A stretch of 33,489 nucleotides of DNA, taken from a virus. Its lineage: Duplodnaviria > Heunggongvirae > Uroviricota > Caudoviricetes. Within the stretch, counting starts at the first letter, position 1. Every line of letters begins with the position of its first letter. The position numbers and the translations under genes are program-made. Of this stretch, positions 6,011-13,839 are shown piece after piece. The notes beneath the pieces are model-generated. The model was not told where the DNA came from. It ran no database searches and was given only the letters and a program-made list of their open reading frames with translations. Where the stretch lies: IMG/VR virus record IMGVR_UViG_3300037313_000454, positions 1 through 33,489 of that record; one strand, given 5' to 3'.

Positions 6011-6541
6011 TTACGCCGCTAACTGCTTCCGGCGGTACTGGCGCTTCGGCTTTTCGCCGTGTACACCGTACAGTCCAAAAATACCCTCACCGAGAGCCAC
6101 CAAGCGTGGGCGTGTCCGCTTAGTATCAGACAACATCGTCGCACGGAGTGACTCCAACGACACGGATTCCAGTCCGGGTTGGAGCGTCATTTGGGCGTGG
6201 ACAGCTTTCACATGCATAGGCGAACCATTCGCTGTGATGATTTCCGCACCACGAGAAGCTAATCCTGCACCAAGGAACCCAAGATTACGGGTGTTAGTGT
6301 CAGGGTCAGCCTTGGCAGGCAGCAATCGAATGCGGCCATTCTCCAATGCTTGTGCTGCTTTGTCACGCGAGGCTACTAAAGCCTCACGGAGCTTATGACT
6401 AACCTTCATCTCGACTTCTTTAGCAGCCAATTGGCGGTCGAGGTCAGCGATAGCTTGGTCAATTGTATGTAACGGGGTGCGTGTTGCATCCACCGCAATA
6501 GGTTCTTGCTTCTTTTTACGTTTGTAAATCCCTGTCGGCAT
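6011..6541 (-). CDS. Putative DNA-binding protein: basic N-terminus, coiled coil, C-terminal winged-helix (HARE-HTH-like)
   Basis: MPTGIYKRKKK start, heptad segment, ...LVALGEGIFGL wing; ends in LAA. Confidence 0.6.
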   Translation of the reverse strand: MPTGIYKRKKKQEPIAVDATRTPLHTIDQAIADLDRQLAAKEVEMKVSHKLREALVASRDKAAQALENGRIRLLPAKADPDTNTRNLGFLGAGLASRGAEIITANGSPMHVKAVHAQMTLQPGLESVSLESLRATMLSDTKRTRPRLVALGEGIFGLYGVHGEKPKRQYRRKQLAA

Positions 6542-6542
6542 A

Positions 6543-6860
6543 CTAACTTGCCTTCCTTTTGAGAGAGTTGGACTTTTTCAGTAAGTCTGGAAGCTCGGTC
6601 ATATCTCCGAACTTCTTTGAAACCTTGTCAACTGCGACAAGTTTCGACATCTCTTCATAGTCAAGCTGTAGTACGTCGCAGAGGACTCGTAGAAAGTAAG
6701 GAGAAGGGTTAGAATCGCCGCGAACGATACCACGAACATGCTGGTACGTCGCACCCGTCCGGTCAGAAACATCAATACTGGACAGTTTCAATTCATCCAT
6801 CCGCTCCCCTACCTTCTGGGCAAATAGCGATTTTGGTTGTAATTTAGGTACTGGCATCAT
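6543..6860 (-). CDS. XRE-family HTH transcriptional regulator
   Basis: LSSIDVSDRTGATYQHVRGIVRGDSNPS HTH pattern; GGAG RBS. Confidence 0.85.
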   Translation of the reverse strand: MMPVPKLQPKSLFAQKVGERMDELKLSSIDVSDRTGATYQHVRGIVRGDSNPSPYFLRVLCDVLQLDYEEMSKLVAVDKVSKKFGDMTELPDLLKKSNSLKRKAS

Positions 6861-6874
6861 CTTCTCCGGCTTTT

Positions 6875-6904
6875 AACTTAGCCGAACAAGATATTTGATG
6901 TCAA
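6875..6904 (-). promoter_or_regulatory. sigma70-type promoter
   Basis: TTGACA, 18 nt, TAAGTT. Confidence 0.55.
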
Positions 6905-6938
6905 GTAAAAAATTTGGTTGCTTTAAACAAATTTTTTC

Positions 6939-7400
6939 TTATGCAAGTACTATTTTACCAGAATCCTTGGGTACAACAAGGTCAGATGACCCAAAACCGC
7001 CGACGCCACGGGTAGAATCCTCTAAATCTTCGACTTCTTGCACCTGTAGGCGCGTAAGTGTGGGAAGCGGGATGAATTGGGCGAATTTAGCGCCCTTTTC
7101 GATGACTTGTGTTTCAGTTCCTCGATTTTCCATGAAAACGATGATTTCTCCCCGGTATCCGGCGTCAATAACGCCGCCAGAAGTCACCAAACGCTTCTTG
7201 GCGAAGGAAGAACGGTCTTTAATGACGAATCCGACCGCCATATTCTTGAAATGCAGCCCGATTCCAGTACGAATCTCGACCATTTGGCCGGGAATGATAG
7301 TTTCGGTCTTAATTGTGTACAAATCGAAGCCCAAATCCTGACTCGGATGAGCCACGGTGGGCAGTATTGCATCTTCGTGAAACTTCTTAACTGCTAACAT
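6939..7400 (-). CDS. dut: Trimeric dUTPase
   Basis: GFDLY, RSS, GVIDAGYRGEI, AQFI, RGVGGFGSS motifs. Confidence 0.95.
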   Translation of the reverse strand: MLAVKKFHEDAILPTVAHPSQDLGFDLYTIKTETIIPGQMVEIRTGIGLHFKNMAVGFVIKDRSSFAKKRLVTSGGVIDAGYRGEIIVFMENRGTETQVIEKGAKFAQFIPLPTLTRLQVQEVEDLEDSTRGVGGFGSSDLVVPKDSGKIVLA

Positions 7401-7737
7401 TAAATTCCTCTATTTTTATGTGTTCCGGGCGCATGGCATCATCCACACGCTCCTCAATTTCTTTCAACTGCCCGAGCAGACGCATTGTCTCAACTTTATG
7501 CCATGCTTTGAACTCTGGCGTTTCTACTAATTTCTTGAAAGCGGCCACCTTATTTTTAGCTTGGTCGCGCCCATCGCGGTGTTCTGCCCGTGCACCAGAC
7601 GCAGGATGTATAATACGCACCCCATTCTGCTTGGCGTTACGGTGTCCACCACCGTTTCCGCCAGTGCAGAATGTCTGTACCACAAAATCCTTCTTAGTGA
7701 GTGAGAACAAAAGCTGTTTATTTTTGCCAGCGGTCAC
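7387..7737 (-). CDS. Class I release-factor domain-3-like (PrfH/ArfB-like) protein with GGG at the GGQ site
   Basis: FCTGGNGGGHRNAKQNGVRIIHPASG...RDQAKNK aligns by eye to F-RxxGPGGQHVNKTESAVRITHxPSG...RSQxxNK; GTG start with GGAG RBS. Confidence 0.8.
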   Translation of the reverse strand: MTAGKNKQLLFSLTKKDFVVQTFCTGGNGGGHRNAKQNGVRIIHPASGARAEHRDGRDQAKNKVAAFKKLVETPEFKAWHKVETMRLLGQLKEIEERVDDAMRPEHIKIEEFNVSS

Positions 7738-9991
7738 CTATACTCCCTTCATAGGTCATAGGAATTAGTTTAATAAGCACCTTGCCACTGCGTTCCATAC
7801 AAGCACCGACGAACTTGAAGCATTCCTCAGCGCGGTCAGGCTCAACCTCGATTACGAACTCGTCGTGAACGAAGTTTACAAGCTTTGCCCCGAACTCAGG
7901 TTCAAGGCGGTGCCACATGAAGCCGACACCAGTACTGTCGAATCCACAACCCATTGCAATCTTCGCAAGGTCGGCGTTACTACCTTGAATCGGCGTGTTC
8001 TTACCTTCACGCTCGATGGCCATGAACATTGCTTTGTACTTCTGAGCAATCTTCTTAGTGGACGGCGGGTCGAATGTATCCCGACCTTCCTTCTTAGCCC
8101 GTGCGCGGAGTTCGTCAACAGCCTTCTTAACCGCGTCCGCCCACTCCGGCTTGCGGAAGTAGCGGCGACGATTGGCCAAAGTGCGCGATTCTAGCTTAGT
8201 AACCGCAGACTTTGCAGACGCTTCAAGATACTTGATGAGTGTCGGGAAGGTTGCTCGATACTTCTTGAGCAGGACTTCCGCATACGCTTCATCGCGGTCA
8301 ATAGCCTCGGCCAGCTTCTTAGCTTCCATGCCGTAGGCGATACCAAAGTTCAACGCTTTAACAGCGTCTCTAAGCTCTTTGTGTCCCTTACATTTACACT
8401 TCTGGTGCTTGCTGTAATACGCGCAGCCTTCTTCAGCAGCGTTTTTCCACTCATCACCGAAGAGAATCTCGGCACCGACGGAGTGAACGTCCCAATCCTG
8501 CAAGAAAGCGTCTAAGAACGCCTTTTCCCGACTATATTCAGCCAAAATGCGAAGTTCGCAGCCGTTATAGTCAACGGTAATCATCTTCCAACCGTCGCGG
8601 GGGATAAAACACCCACGCCAGTCACTACCGCGAGGAATATTCTGAATATTCGGGTCTACGCTACTTGTACGCCCGGTTTCCGCTCCCATCTGCTTGATGC
8701 GGGAGTGAATCCTGCCAGTATTCTCGTTAATGTAGTCACGAATGAAGTTCTCGCCGTATGTGGTGAGAATCTTGTTTGTTTCTCGGTATAACCGAATGGC
8801 GTCGATGATTCCGACCTGAGAATAGTCGGGACTCTCTTTCTTGGCTTTTGCCAAGTCCCACTTCGGGTGTTCAGAAATCTTTTTCAGTGTCCGGTCATTC
8901 GTATCCGGTAATTCCTTCTTATCGTAGCCTTTCTTTCGTAATGCGGCGAGAAGTTGAGGATTGGAGCCATAATTGATGGCGGCGTCACCTTCATATGAGA
9001 AAAACTCCTTCTTGGACTTGTTCATCTGCTTACGAGCAGTCATGAACCGCTTACGAGCCTCAGCCCGTAGCTCTTTGTCCGTTGTCGTCTTCCAAATGTT
9101 CTCTAGTTCGACAAGGTCTTCGCTACACTCGCCCTTCTTACCAACTAGGGGAATGAAGTACTCGTCTAGCTTCTGTACATTTCGTTGGTGGTCAGCCTCG
9201 ACTTTAGCGAGGATTCCTCGCCATGCTTCAGTATCCAGCCGGATACCGTTCAAGTGCATGTCAGCAAAGGCTGGCATAGCATCGAACTCAAGTTGGCATG
9301 TCTGCCACAGGTTACCCTTGGTGATGTGCGCGTTCTGTCCTGATTTGACAGCCAAGGGTAGGCGGCAATCAAGAGCGCAATAAATCTTTTGGTTTTCAGT
9401 TAACTCGTCAGTCAGGTTGAAGCTGGTCTGGGCATCTTTGTCGATTTCCAGTCCTGCATACCGTGCAACGCAGTCTTTCAATCCCCAGAAGCCGCGTATA
9501 TTGAAATCAACCCGGCCAGCGTAGATGACCATTTCCGCCAGCATCGTGTCATACACGTTCCACATGCGGAGTCCGAAGCACCACTTCAGTACTTCGTAGT
9601 CAAATTGAAGATTGTGACCTACTTTGAGCCAGTCTTTTGACTCAAGCACCGGACGAAGAACAGAAACCACAGGCAGAAGGCAGCTATGAAAGGTGTAATT
9701 CCCCATAGCTTCCATAAGAGTAAACTGCTGAATTTCTGTATATGCGTAAGTATCGGTAAAAGACTTGAGGTCAATGACATACTGTTCTTCCCGGTCACCT
9801 ATCTGAATCGTGCGAATGCGGCGGAGGTAAAAATCTTCCACCATGTTTGTTTCGGTATCAATCGCAAATACCGATTTACGTTTGAAAAACGCTGCAACCT
9901 TTTCCAGCCCCGCCACGTCTGTAACTAGGGTATAGTTCAGGGGTGGGTTTAACTCTGACGGAATGCAGGGTTTCAGATTTGATTGTTCCAT
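7718..9991 (-). CDS. polA: Family A DNA polymerase with 3'-5' exonuclease domain
   Basis: Exo I IDTET, Exo II HNLQFD, Exo III YCALD; motif A DYNGCELRILA, motif B KALNFGIAYG, motif C VHDEF. Start placed at MEQSNL. Confidence 0.95.
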   Translation of the reverse strand: MEQSNLKPCIPSELNPPLNYTLVTDVAGLEKVAAFFKRKSVFAIDTETNMVEDFYLRRIRTIQIGDREEQYVIDLKSFTDTYAYTEIQQFTLMEAMGNYTFHSCLLPVVSVLRPVLESKDWLKVGHNLQFDYEVLKWCFGLRMWNVYDTMLAEMVIYAGRVDFNIRGFWGLKDCVARYAGLEIDKDAQTSFNLTDELTENQKIYCALDCRLPLAVKSGQNAHITKGNLWQTCQLEFDAMPAFADMHLNGIRLDTEAWRGILAKVEADHQRNVQKLDEYFIPLVGKKGECSEDLVELENIWKTTTDKELRAEARKRFMTARKQMNKSKKEFFSYEGDAAINYGSNPQLLAALRKKGYDKKELPDTNDRTLKKISEHPKWDLAKAKKESPDYSQVGIIDAIRLYRETNKILTTYGENFIRDYINENTGRIHSRIKQMGAETGRTSSVDPNIQNIPRGSDWRGCFIPRDGWKMITVDYNGCELRILAEYSREKAFLDAFLQDWDVHSVGAEILFGDEWKNAAEEGCAYYSKHQKCKCKGHKELRDAVKALNFGIAYGMEAKKLAEAIDRDEAYAEVLLKKYRATFPTLIKYLEASAKSAVTKLESRTLANRRRYFRKPEWADAVKKAVDELRARAKKEGRDTFDPPSTKKIAQKYKAMFMAIEREGKNTPIQGSNADLAKIAMGCGFDSTGVGFMWHRLEPEFGAKLVNFVHDEFVIEVEPDRAEECFKFVGACMERSGKVLIKLIPMTYEGSIGDRWQK

Positions 9992-10005
9992 TAAAAAGAG
10001 AAGTA

Positions 10006-10122
10006 GATACCAGACGTTCGTCTCTACAGGGAAGGGACTCGAACCCTTCATCTCGTCTCAGACGCTCTGTTTCACACCAGTACTCCCGCTCCCACCGAGT
10101 TTCCTATCCGGCGTCTGGTATC
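10006..10122 (-). ncRNA. tRNA-like RNA (T-arm present, anticodon loop collapsed) inside an 11-bp closing stem
   Basis: GAAGGG-TTCGAGT-CCCTTC at 10049-10031; GCGGGAG-TA start at 10089; GATACCAGACG/CGTCTGGTATC at 10122-10112/10016-10006; promoter directly upstream. Confidence 0.6.
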
Positions 10123-10136
10123 GTCCTTCAAAACCT

Positions 10137-10165
10137 ATTATAACATAAAAAGTATTTCTTGTCAA
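10137..10165 (-). promoter_or_regulatory. Consensus sigma70 promoter (leftward)
   Basis: TTGACA, 17 nt, TATAAT. Confidence 0.9.
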
Positions 10166-10180
10166 GCAAATTTATTTATC

Positions 10181-10209
10181 TTGACAAATTTTAAAAAGTA
10201 TGCTATAAT
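10181..10209 (+). promoter_or_regulatory. Consensus sigma70 promoter (rightward, back-to-back with the leftward one)
   Basis: TTGACA, 17 nt, TATAAT with an extended -10 TG. Confidence 0.9.
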
Positions 10210-10315
10210 AAATACCATTGTCACTGCCGTGGTAATAGGCATGTATATATTATTACTATACAACCATTGTTCCGGGCTTAGAATCCTACTTGTCAGGGGT
10301 ATTTATTGAATCCCC

Positions 10316-10344
10316 TTGACAAATGACGAAAGGTGTGGTATAAT
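10316..10344 (+). promoter_or_regulatory. Consensus sigma70 promoter for a leaderless HTH gene
   Basis: TTGACA, 17 nt, TATAAT; ATG at 10351 coincides with the expected +1. Confidence 0.9.
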
Positions 10345-10350
10345 AGATTT

Positions 10351-10602
10351 ATGAATGTGAACGACTATAGCAACCTCGGGACGTGGCTACCGCCGCTCAT
10401 CGAGAAGCTAGATATGAGTTACGAGCAGTTTGCCCGTGCAGTCGGGGTGACCCGCTCGATGATTTACTACTACATCAAAGACCGCTATCGCCCGGACGAA
10501 CAGACCATGATTCGCATGTGTCAGATTTTAGGAGTTCCGGCAGAAGAGGGCTTTGCTCAATATACACCCCGCAAGGTCGGGCGACCGAAAGGACTAGTTT
10601 GA
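10351..10602 (+). CDS. XRE/Cro-family HTH regulator (83 aa)
   Basis: MSYEQFARAVGVTRSMIYYYIKDRYRPD HTH pattern. Confidence 0.9.
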   Translation: MNVNDYSNLGTWLPPLIEKLDMSYEQFARAVGVTRSMIYYYIKDRYRPDEQTMIRMCQILGVPAEEGFAQYTPRKVGRPKGLV

Positions 10603-10818
10603 TTGGGTCGTTTATACTTTTTCGCTTGCCGAGATTGCAAGGTTATATGCGACGAACCAGCAGGTAAGAACTCTGCTGCCTATGGATTATGGAACGAAGG
10701 TAACCGGGTCGCGGATTTTGTCCATGAACATGAAGGTCATGCTCTCGAATTTATGGATGAGCATAGAAGTTCTAGTCTGCGGTTTGATTTCCCTGACGAC
10801 TCTTGGGCTTCCGTTTAG
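10603..10818 (+). CDS. Hypothetical protein (71 aa) with CxxC
   Basis: TTG start right after the upstream stop; CRDC ... HEGH. Confidence 0.7.
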   Translation: MGRLYFFACRDCKVICDEPAGKNSAAYGLWNEGNRVADFVHEHEGHALEFMDEHRSSSLRFDFPDDSWASV

Positions 10819-10948
10819 TACATTGACACTTAGGACGACACGGTTTAATCCCGCAGTACTTGCGACCGCAGTGTGTGCAGTTATTGAATTGGTCAGGATT
10901 ACGCATCTGGCGGCAGGATGAGCAGGTTCTTGGGAAACGATGTGGCAT
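10772..10948 (-). CDS. Eight-Cys zinc-finger-like small protein (58 aa)
   Basis: C-x2-C-x11-C-x2-C-x4-C-x4-C-x3-C-x-C; no clear RBS; overlaps the convergent gene. Confidence 0.5.
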   Translation of the reverse strand: MPHRFPRTCSSCRQMRNPDQFNNCTHCGRKYCGIKPCRPKCQCTKRKPKSRQGNQTAD

Positions 10949-11103
10949 ATAGGGACTAGGGTGAACTGACAGTACCTCTGTCAGCATCTACTTACAATAA
11001 GTATGAAACCTTAGTTTTAATGACTCTGCAAATCTACTACGGATTCATATTGACTAAGTGGTTAATAATCAATAATTTAACTAAATACCTATACATATAA
11101 CCC

Positions 11104-11132
11104 TTGACAAATCAACAAGTTAGTGTTATAAT
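11104..11132 (+). promoter_or_regulatory. Consensus sigma70 promoter
   Basis: TTGACA, 17 nt, TATAAT. Confidence 0.9.
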
Positions 11133-11178
11133 GGTATTGTAAAGTAGAGAAAGTACACTCTTCTGAGGGCCGAACCGC

Positions 11179-12057
11179 ATGGATAGTATTGAAAATAAAG
11201 CACAAAGTGCCGTTAACGCACTTTTAGCTATCACCCAACCAACGGTGGATGCCGTTGATGCTCTTAAAGTCGAAGCTCAAACGCAGATTGCCGACCTAAC
11301 GAACAAGTTGCTGGTAGCTACCAATGCTATCGCTGCCGATTCTGTGCAGATACAGAAGCTCAAAGACCAGATTGCTGCATTGTCCATCCCGGCTTATCCC
11401 GGCTTTTCGGACATGCAGATGCATGGAAACTGGGAAGTTCACCCCGGTTCTGAGGCTGGAATCGGGTCTTGGACACCCGGAACCACCTTTTCGCAGACTC
11501 AGTACCAGAAGCAAGGCGATGCACAGTATGCAATGAAACTGTCCATCAAACCAGTCACAGGTGGTTATTCTGATGTCTTGTGGGCCATTCATCGCCGTCC
11601 GGTTCCCAAACCTGCCGCAAAGATGACTTTGAAAGGTCGTCTTTGGATAGACGACAATACAGGCGTTCAGTGCTTGGAAATTGATTCCCTTGTAACCCTC
11701 GGTGGTTATAAGTACAACATGTCTTCCCAGATTAACTATAGCAAGGGCGGAATGTTGCAGGTAGCACACGGCTCTACTTCTTGGTTTGATACACCCATTG
11801 TGGTCGGTAAACTGACCACTGGTGTTTGGCATGAATTCCAATGGGAATATGCCTATGACACGGTCGCCAAGACCTTGTCTTTCCTAGCTTTCACGCTAGA
11901 TGGTGTGCGGTTTACACTACCCACACAGTTCCAGAATATCGCACCAATCGCTACGAATTGGTCAGACGGAGTGCATCTGCAACTCCAACTAGATGCGAAC
12001 AATAAGGGAGTTGGTTATTCCGTTTGGTATGACCGTCTCTCGTATACATTCGAGTAA
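11179..12057 (+). CDS. N-terminal coiled coil plus ConA-like/lectin beta-sandwich domain
   Basis: Heptad-rich first ~70 aa; Trp/Tyr-rich beta domain with LEID, GVWHEFQW, QLQLD, VWYDRL. Confidence 0.7.
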   Translation: MDSIENKAQSAVNALLAITQPTVDAVDALKVEAQTQIADLTNKLLVATNAIAADSVQIQKLKDQIAALSIPAYPGFSDMQMHGNWEVHPGSEAGIGSWTPGTTFSQTQYQKQGDAQYAMKLSIKPVTGGYSDVLWAIHRRPVPKPAAKMTLKGRLWIDDNTGVQCLEIDSLVTLGGYKYNMSSQINYSKGGMLQVAHGSTSWFDTPIVVGKLTTGVWHEFQWEYAYDTVAKTLSFLAFTLDGVRFTLPTQFQNIAPIATNWSDGVHLQLQLDANNKGVGYSVWYDRLSYTFE

Positions 12058-12187
12058 GGTATCTACGCAGTGGTTCGCCCACAGCGTTTGCGGCGTTGTC
12101 TCACCACACGCCAGCCGGAACCCAGAGTTCCCATGACCTACCACTAGTCATCGCCCACGATTAGTAGGTAGGTGCAATAATAATTAT

Positions 12188-12252
12188 GGAAGAAGTGTGG
12201 CCTTGAAAACTACAGAGGGCTGGTCACCGTAATACCTCTGATTCTTCCGCCT
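12188..12252 (+). ncRNA. D-armless tRNA-Ser(UGA)-like mini RNA
   Basis: 7-bp GGAAGAA/TTCTTCC stem, G discriminator, anticodon arm TGTGGC-CTTGAAA-ACTACA, no D arm, non-canonical third stem; terminator follows. Confidence 0.5.
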
Positions 12253-12259
12253 ATAACAC

Positions 12260-12309
12260 ACCCCGCCCTCGCGCCGAAAGGCAGAGCAAATCGGCGGGGT
12301 TTTTATTTT
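12260..12309 (+). terminator. Intrinsic terminator with a nested GAAA hairpin
   Basis: ACCCCGCC/GGCGGGGT then TTTTATTTT. Confidence 0.8.
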
Positions 12310-12618
12310 ATGTTCATTATTGATTGGGTAGTTAACGCTTGGAGCGCACTTATGGCAAAATTTACAGTACACGTCCCTAAAAGAGCCGTTTTTCTTGCTG
12401 ATGGCCAGACCACAGTAGACGAGGGCGGAAGCGTACAGATTCAACTATCCGCTAGCGGTGGTGTAGCCCCATATACATATTCGATGGTTGGCAATCCGCC
12501 TTGGGTAACACTCACCCCGGCTGGGTTGCTCACTGCTTCACCGACCGTTGGAAGTAATGGTCTTGACTATACCTTCGACATCTTTGCTACGGACTCGAAG
12601 GGAACAAAGTCGGCGTGA
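12310..12618 (+). CDS. Ig-like (He_PIG/cadherin-type) domain protein
   Basis: LSASGGVAPYTYS...GLLTASPT...YTFDIFATDSKG pattern. Confidence 0.8.
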   Translation: MFIIDWVVNAWSALMAKFTVHVPKRAVFLADGQTTVDEGGSVQIQLSASGGVAPYTYSMVGNPPWVTLTPAGLLTASPTVGSNGLDYTFDIFATDSKGTKSA

Positions 12619-12776
12619 ATTTAATTAGGTTCAAAATTGTAGCTTGTCCTTTTGACACGTCTGATATTACTGCTGAATACTTTGTAATGGCAGTAGATGA
12701 GCAAGACGCATTACAGGAGTTTAGACGCACCCGTAAAGATGTTCTCGGGGGCGTTAAGGAGATTACTCCGGTATGA
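12615..12776 (+). CDS. Small hypothetical protein (53 aa), not in the ORF track
   Basis: GTGA overlap at the start and ATGA overlap at the end; open frame fills the gap exactly. Confidence 0.65.
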   Translation: MNLIRFKIVACPFDTSDITAEYFVMAVDEQDALQEFRRTRKDVLGGVKEITPV

Positions 12777-13051
12777 GCTTTTTAAAAGAGATTTTCTCAG
12801 AGTGCGATGGTTGCGCGAGTTTTGGTCGTGTTGCTTGCGGCTTCACTGTCGTCTCTACGATGGCATTCATCGGTACATATCTTCATTGGAAACACGAGTT
12901 TCCTACATACGACATTATCTTGGCCTTATCCGTGCTGATGACAGCACCATACGGTGCTAATAAAGCAGCGGAAGCTGTTAGCAACGTTAAAGATGCTATT
13001 ACGCAGATTATAGTCGCCAAGAAAACACCTGCTGTAATACCGACTAAGTAA
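12773..13051 (+). CDS. Holin-like membrane protein
   Basis: 92 aa, two hydrophobic segments, basic C-terminus. Confidence 0.55.
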   Translation: MSFLKEIFSECDGCASFGRVACGFTVVSTMAFIGTYLHWKHEFPTYDIILALSVLMTAPYGANKAAEAVSNVKDAITQIIVAKKTPAVIPTK

Positions 13052-13117
13052 TCGGCGCGGGGACTGCATTATGTGCAGGCATTAACGTCCCCTGACAGTT
13101 TATCAACAAACACCATA

Positions 13118-13159
13118 CCTCGGTGGGGTCTACGCATCCCCACCGGGGTTTTTGTTTTT
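13118..13159 (+). terminator. Intrinsic terminator
   Basis: CCTCGGTGGGG/CCCCACCGGGG then TTTTTGTTTTT. Confidence 0.85.
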
Positions 13160-13230
13160 ATGCGGACATTTTACTGCGGTTGGGATACTGAGGCCCGACC
13201 AAGGCAGGACTCACTCAGGGTAGGACAGTA

Positions 13231-13839
13231 ATGATTCCAGTAACACAAAAGCTACTTGAGGAATCAAGCAAGCGAAAACTAACGACCAAAGAGCGCCGTC
13301 AGTGCGTTGTGTATCTGAAGACCACAATCCCAGATACGACGAATACTGAACTAGCGGAACGTTTCGGTGTAACCGAGCGTACTATCCGCCAAGACTTACA
13401 AGCTTTCCGTAAAGAGAAAGCGCAGTTCATCAAAGAAGATGATGTAGGTCTGATTATTGCCGACATCGCGCTCGATTATGAACGGCAAATTAGAGATATT
13501 GAGCGAAGTAAGCAGAAGGCACCGCTAGGCAGCCTTCGTTATTTGCAACATTGCACTAATGCAATGGATTTGCGCCTGAAATGTGTCAAAGCCCTACAGG
13601 ACTTGGGTTACTACCCGAAGAACCTTGGACAGATGACCGTTCAGAAGTTCGACTTTAAGGCCATCGTCAATAAAGACGGCTCCGTTGATGTGATGAAACG
13701 TGAGCAGTTGATTGCCGACCATCGCAAAGATGTAGATGAAGGAAACATCTTGGATGCGGATTATGACGTGCCGGAGCTAGAGAGTGCCGAGGACAAAGAA
13801 ATCCGAGAAATCGGAAACTCCGAAGCAAACTCGAACTAA
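13231..13839 (+). CDS. terS: Terminase small subunit
   Basis: N-terminal HTH (NTELAERFGVTERTIRQDL), helical middle, immediately upstream of TerL. Confidence 0.75.
   Translation: MIPVTQKLLEESSKRKLTTKERRQCVVYLKTTIPDTTNTELAERFGVTERTIRQDLQAFRKEKAQFIKEDDVGLIIADIALDYERQIRDIERSKQKAPLGSLRYLQHCTNAMDLRLKCVKALQDLGYYPKNLGQMTVQKFDFKAIVNKDGSVDVMKREQLIADHRKDVDEGNILDADYDVPELESAEDKEIREIGNSEANSN

Noticed and set aside
9992-10051. 20-codon N-terminal extension of PolA in the ORF track
   Set aside because: Overlaps the T-arm and closing stem of the tRNA-like RNA and has no RBS; the downstream ATG at 9991 is more plausible, though also without an SD.
10241-10309. 22-codon hydrophobic ORF downstream of the 10181 promoter
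   Set aside because: Weak RBS and AT-rich promoter context; cannot be supported without ribosome profiling.
12068-12178. Pistol-ribozyme resemblance (GTGG/CCAC stem, terminal GGTGCAA)
   Set aside because: No pseudoknot partner for the first loop and no A-rich linker. The hairpins (e.g. 12136-12173) are real but unassigned.
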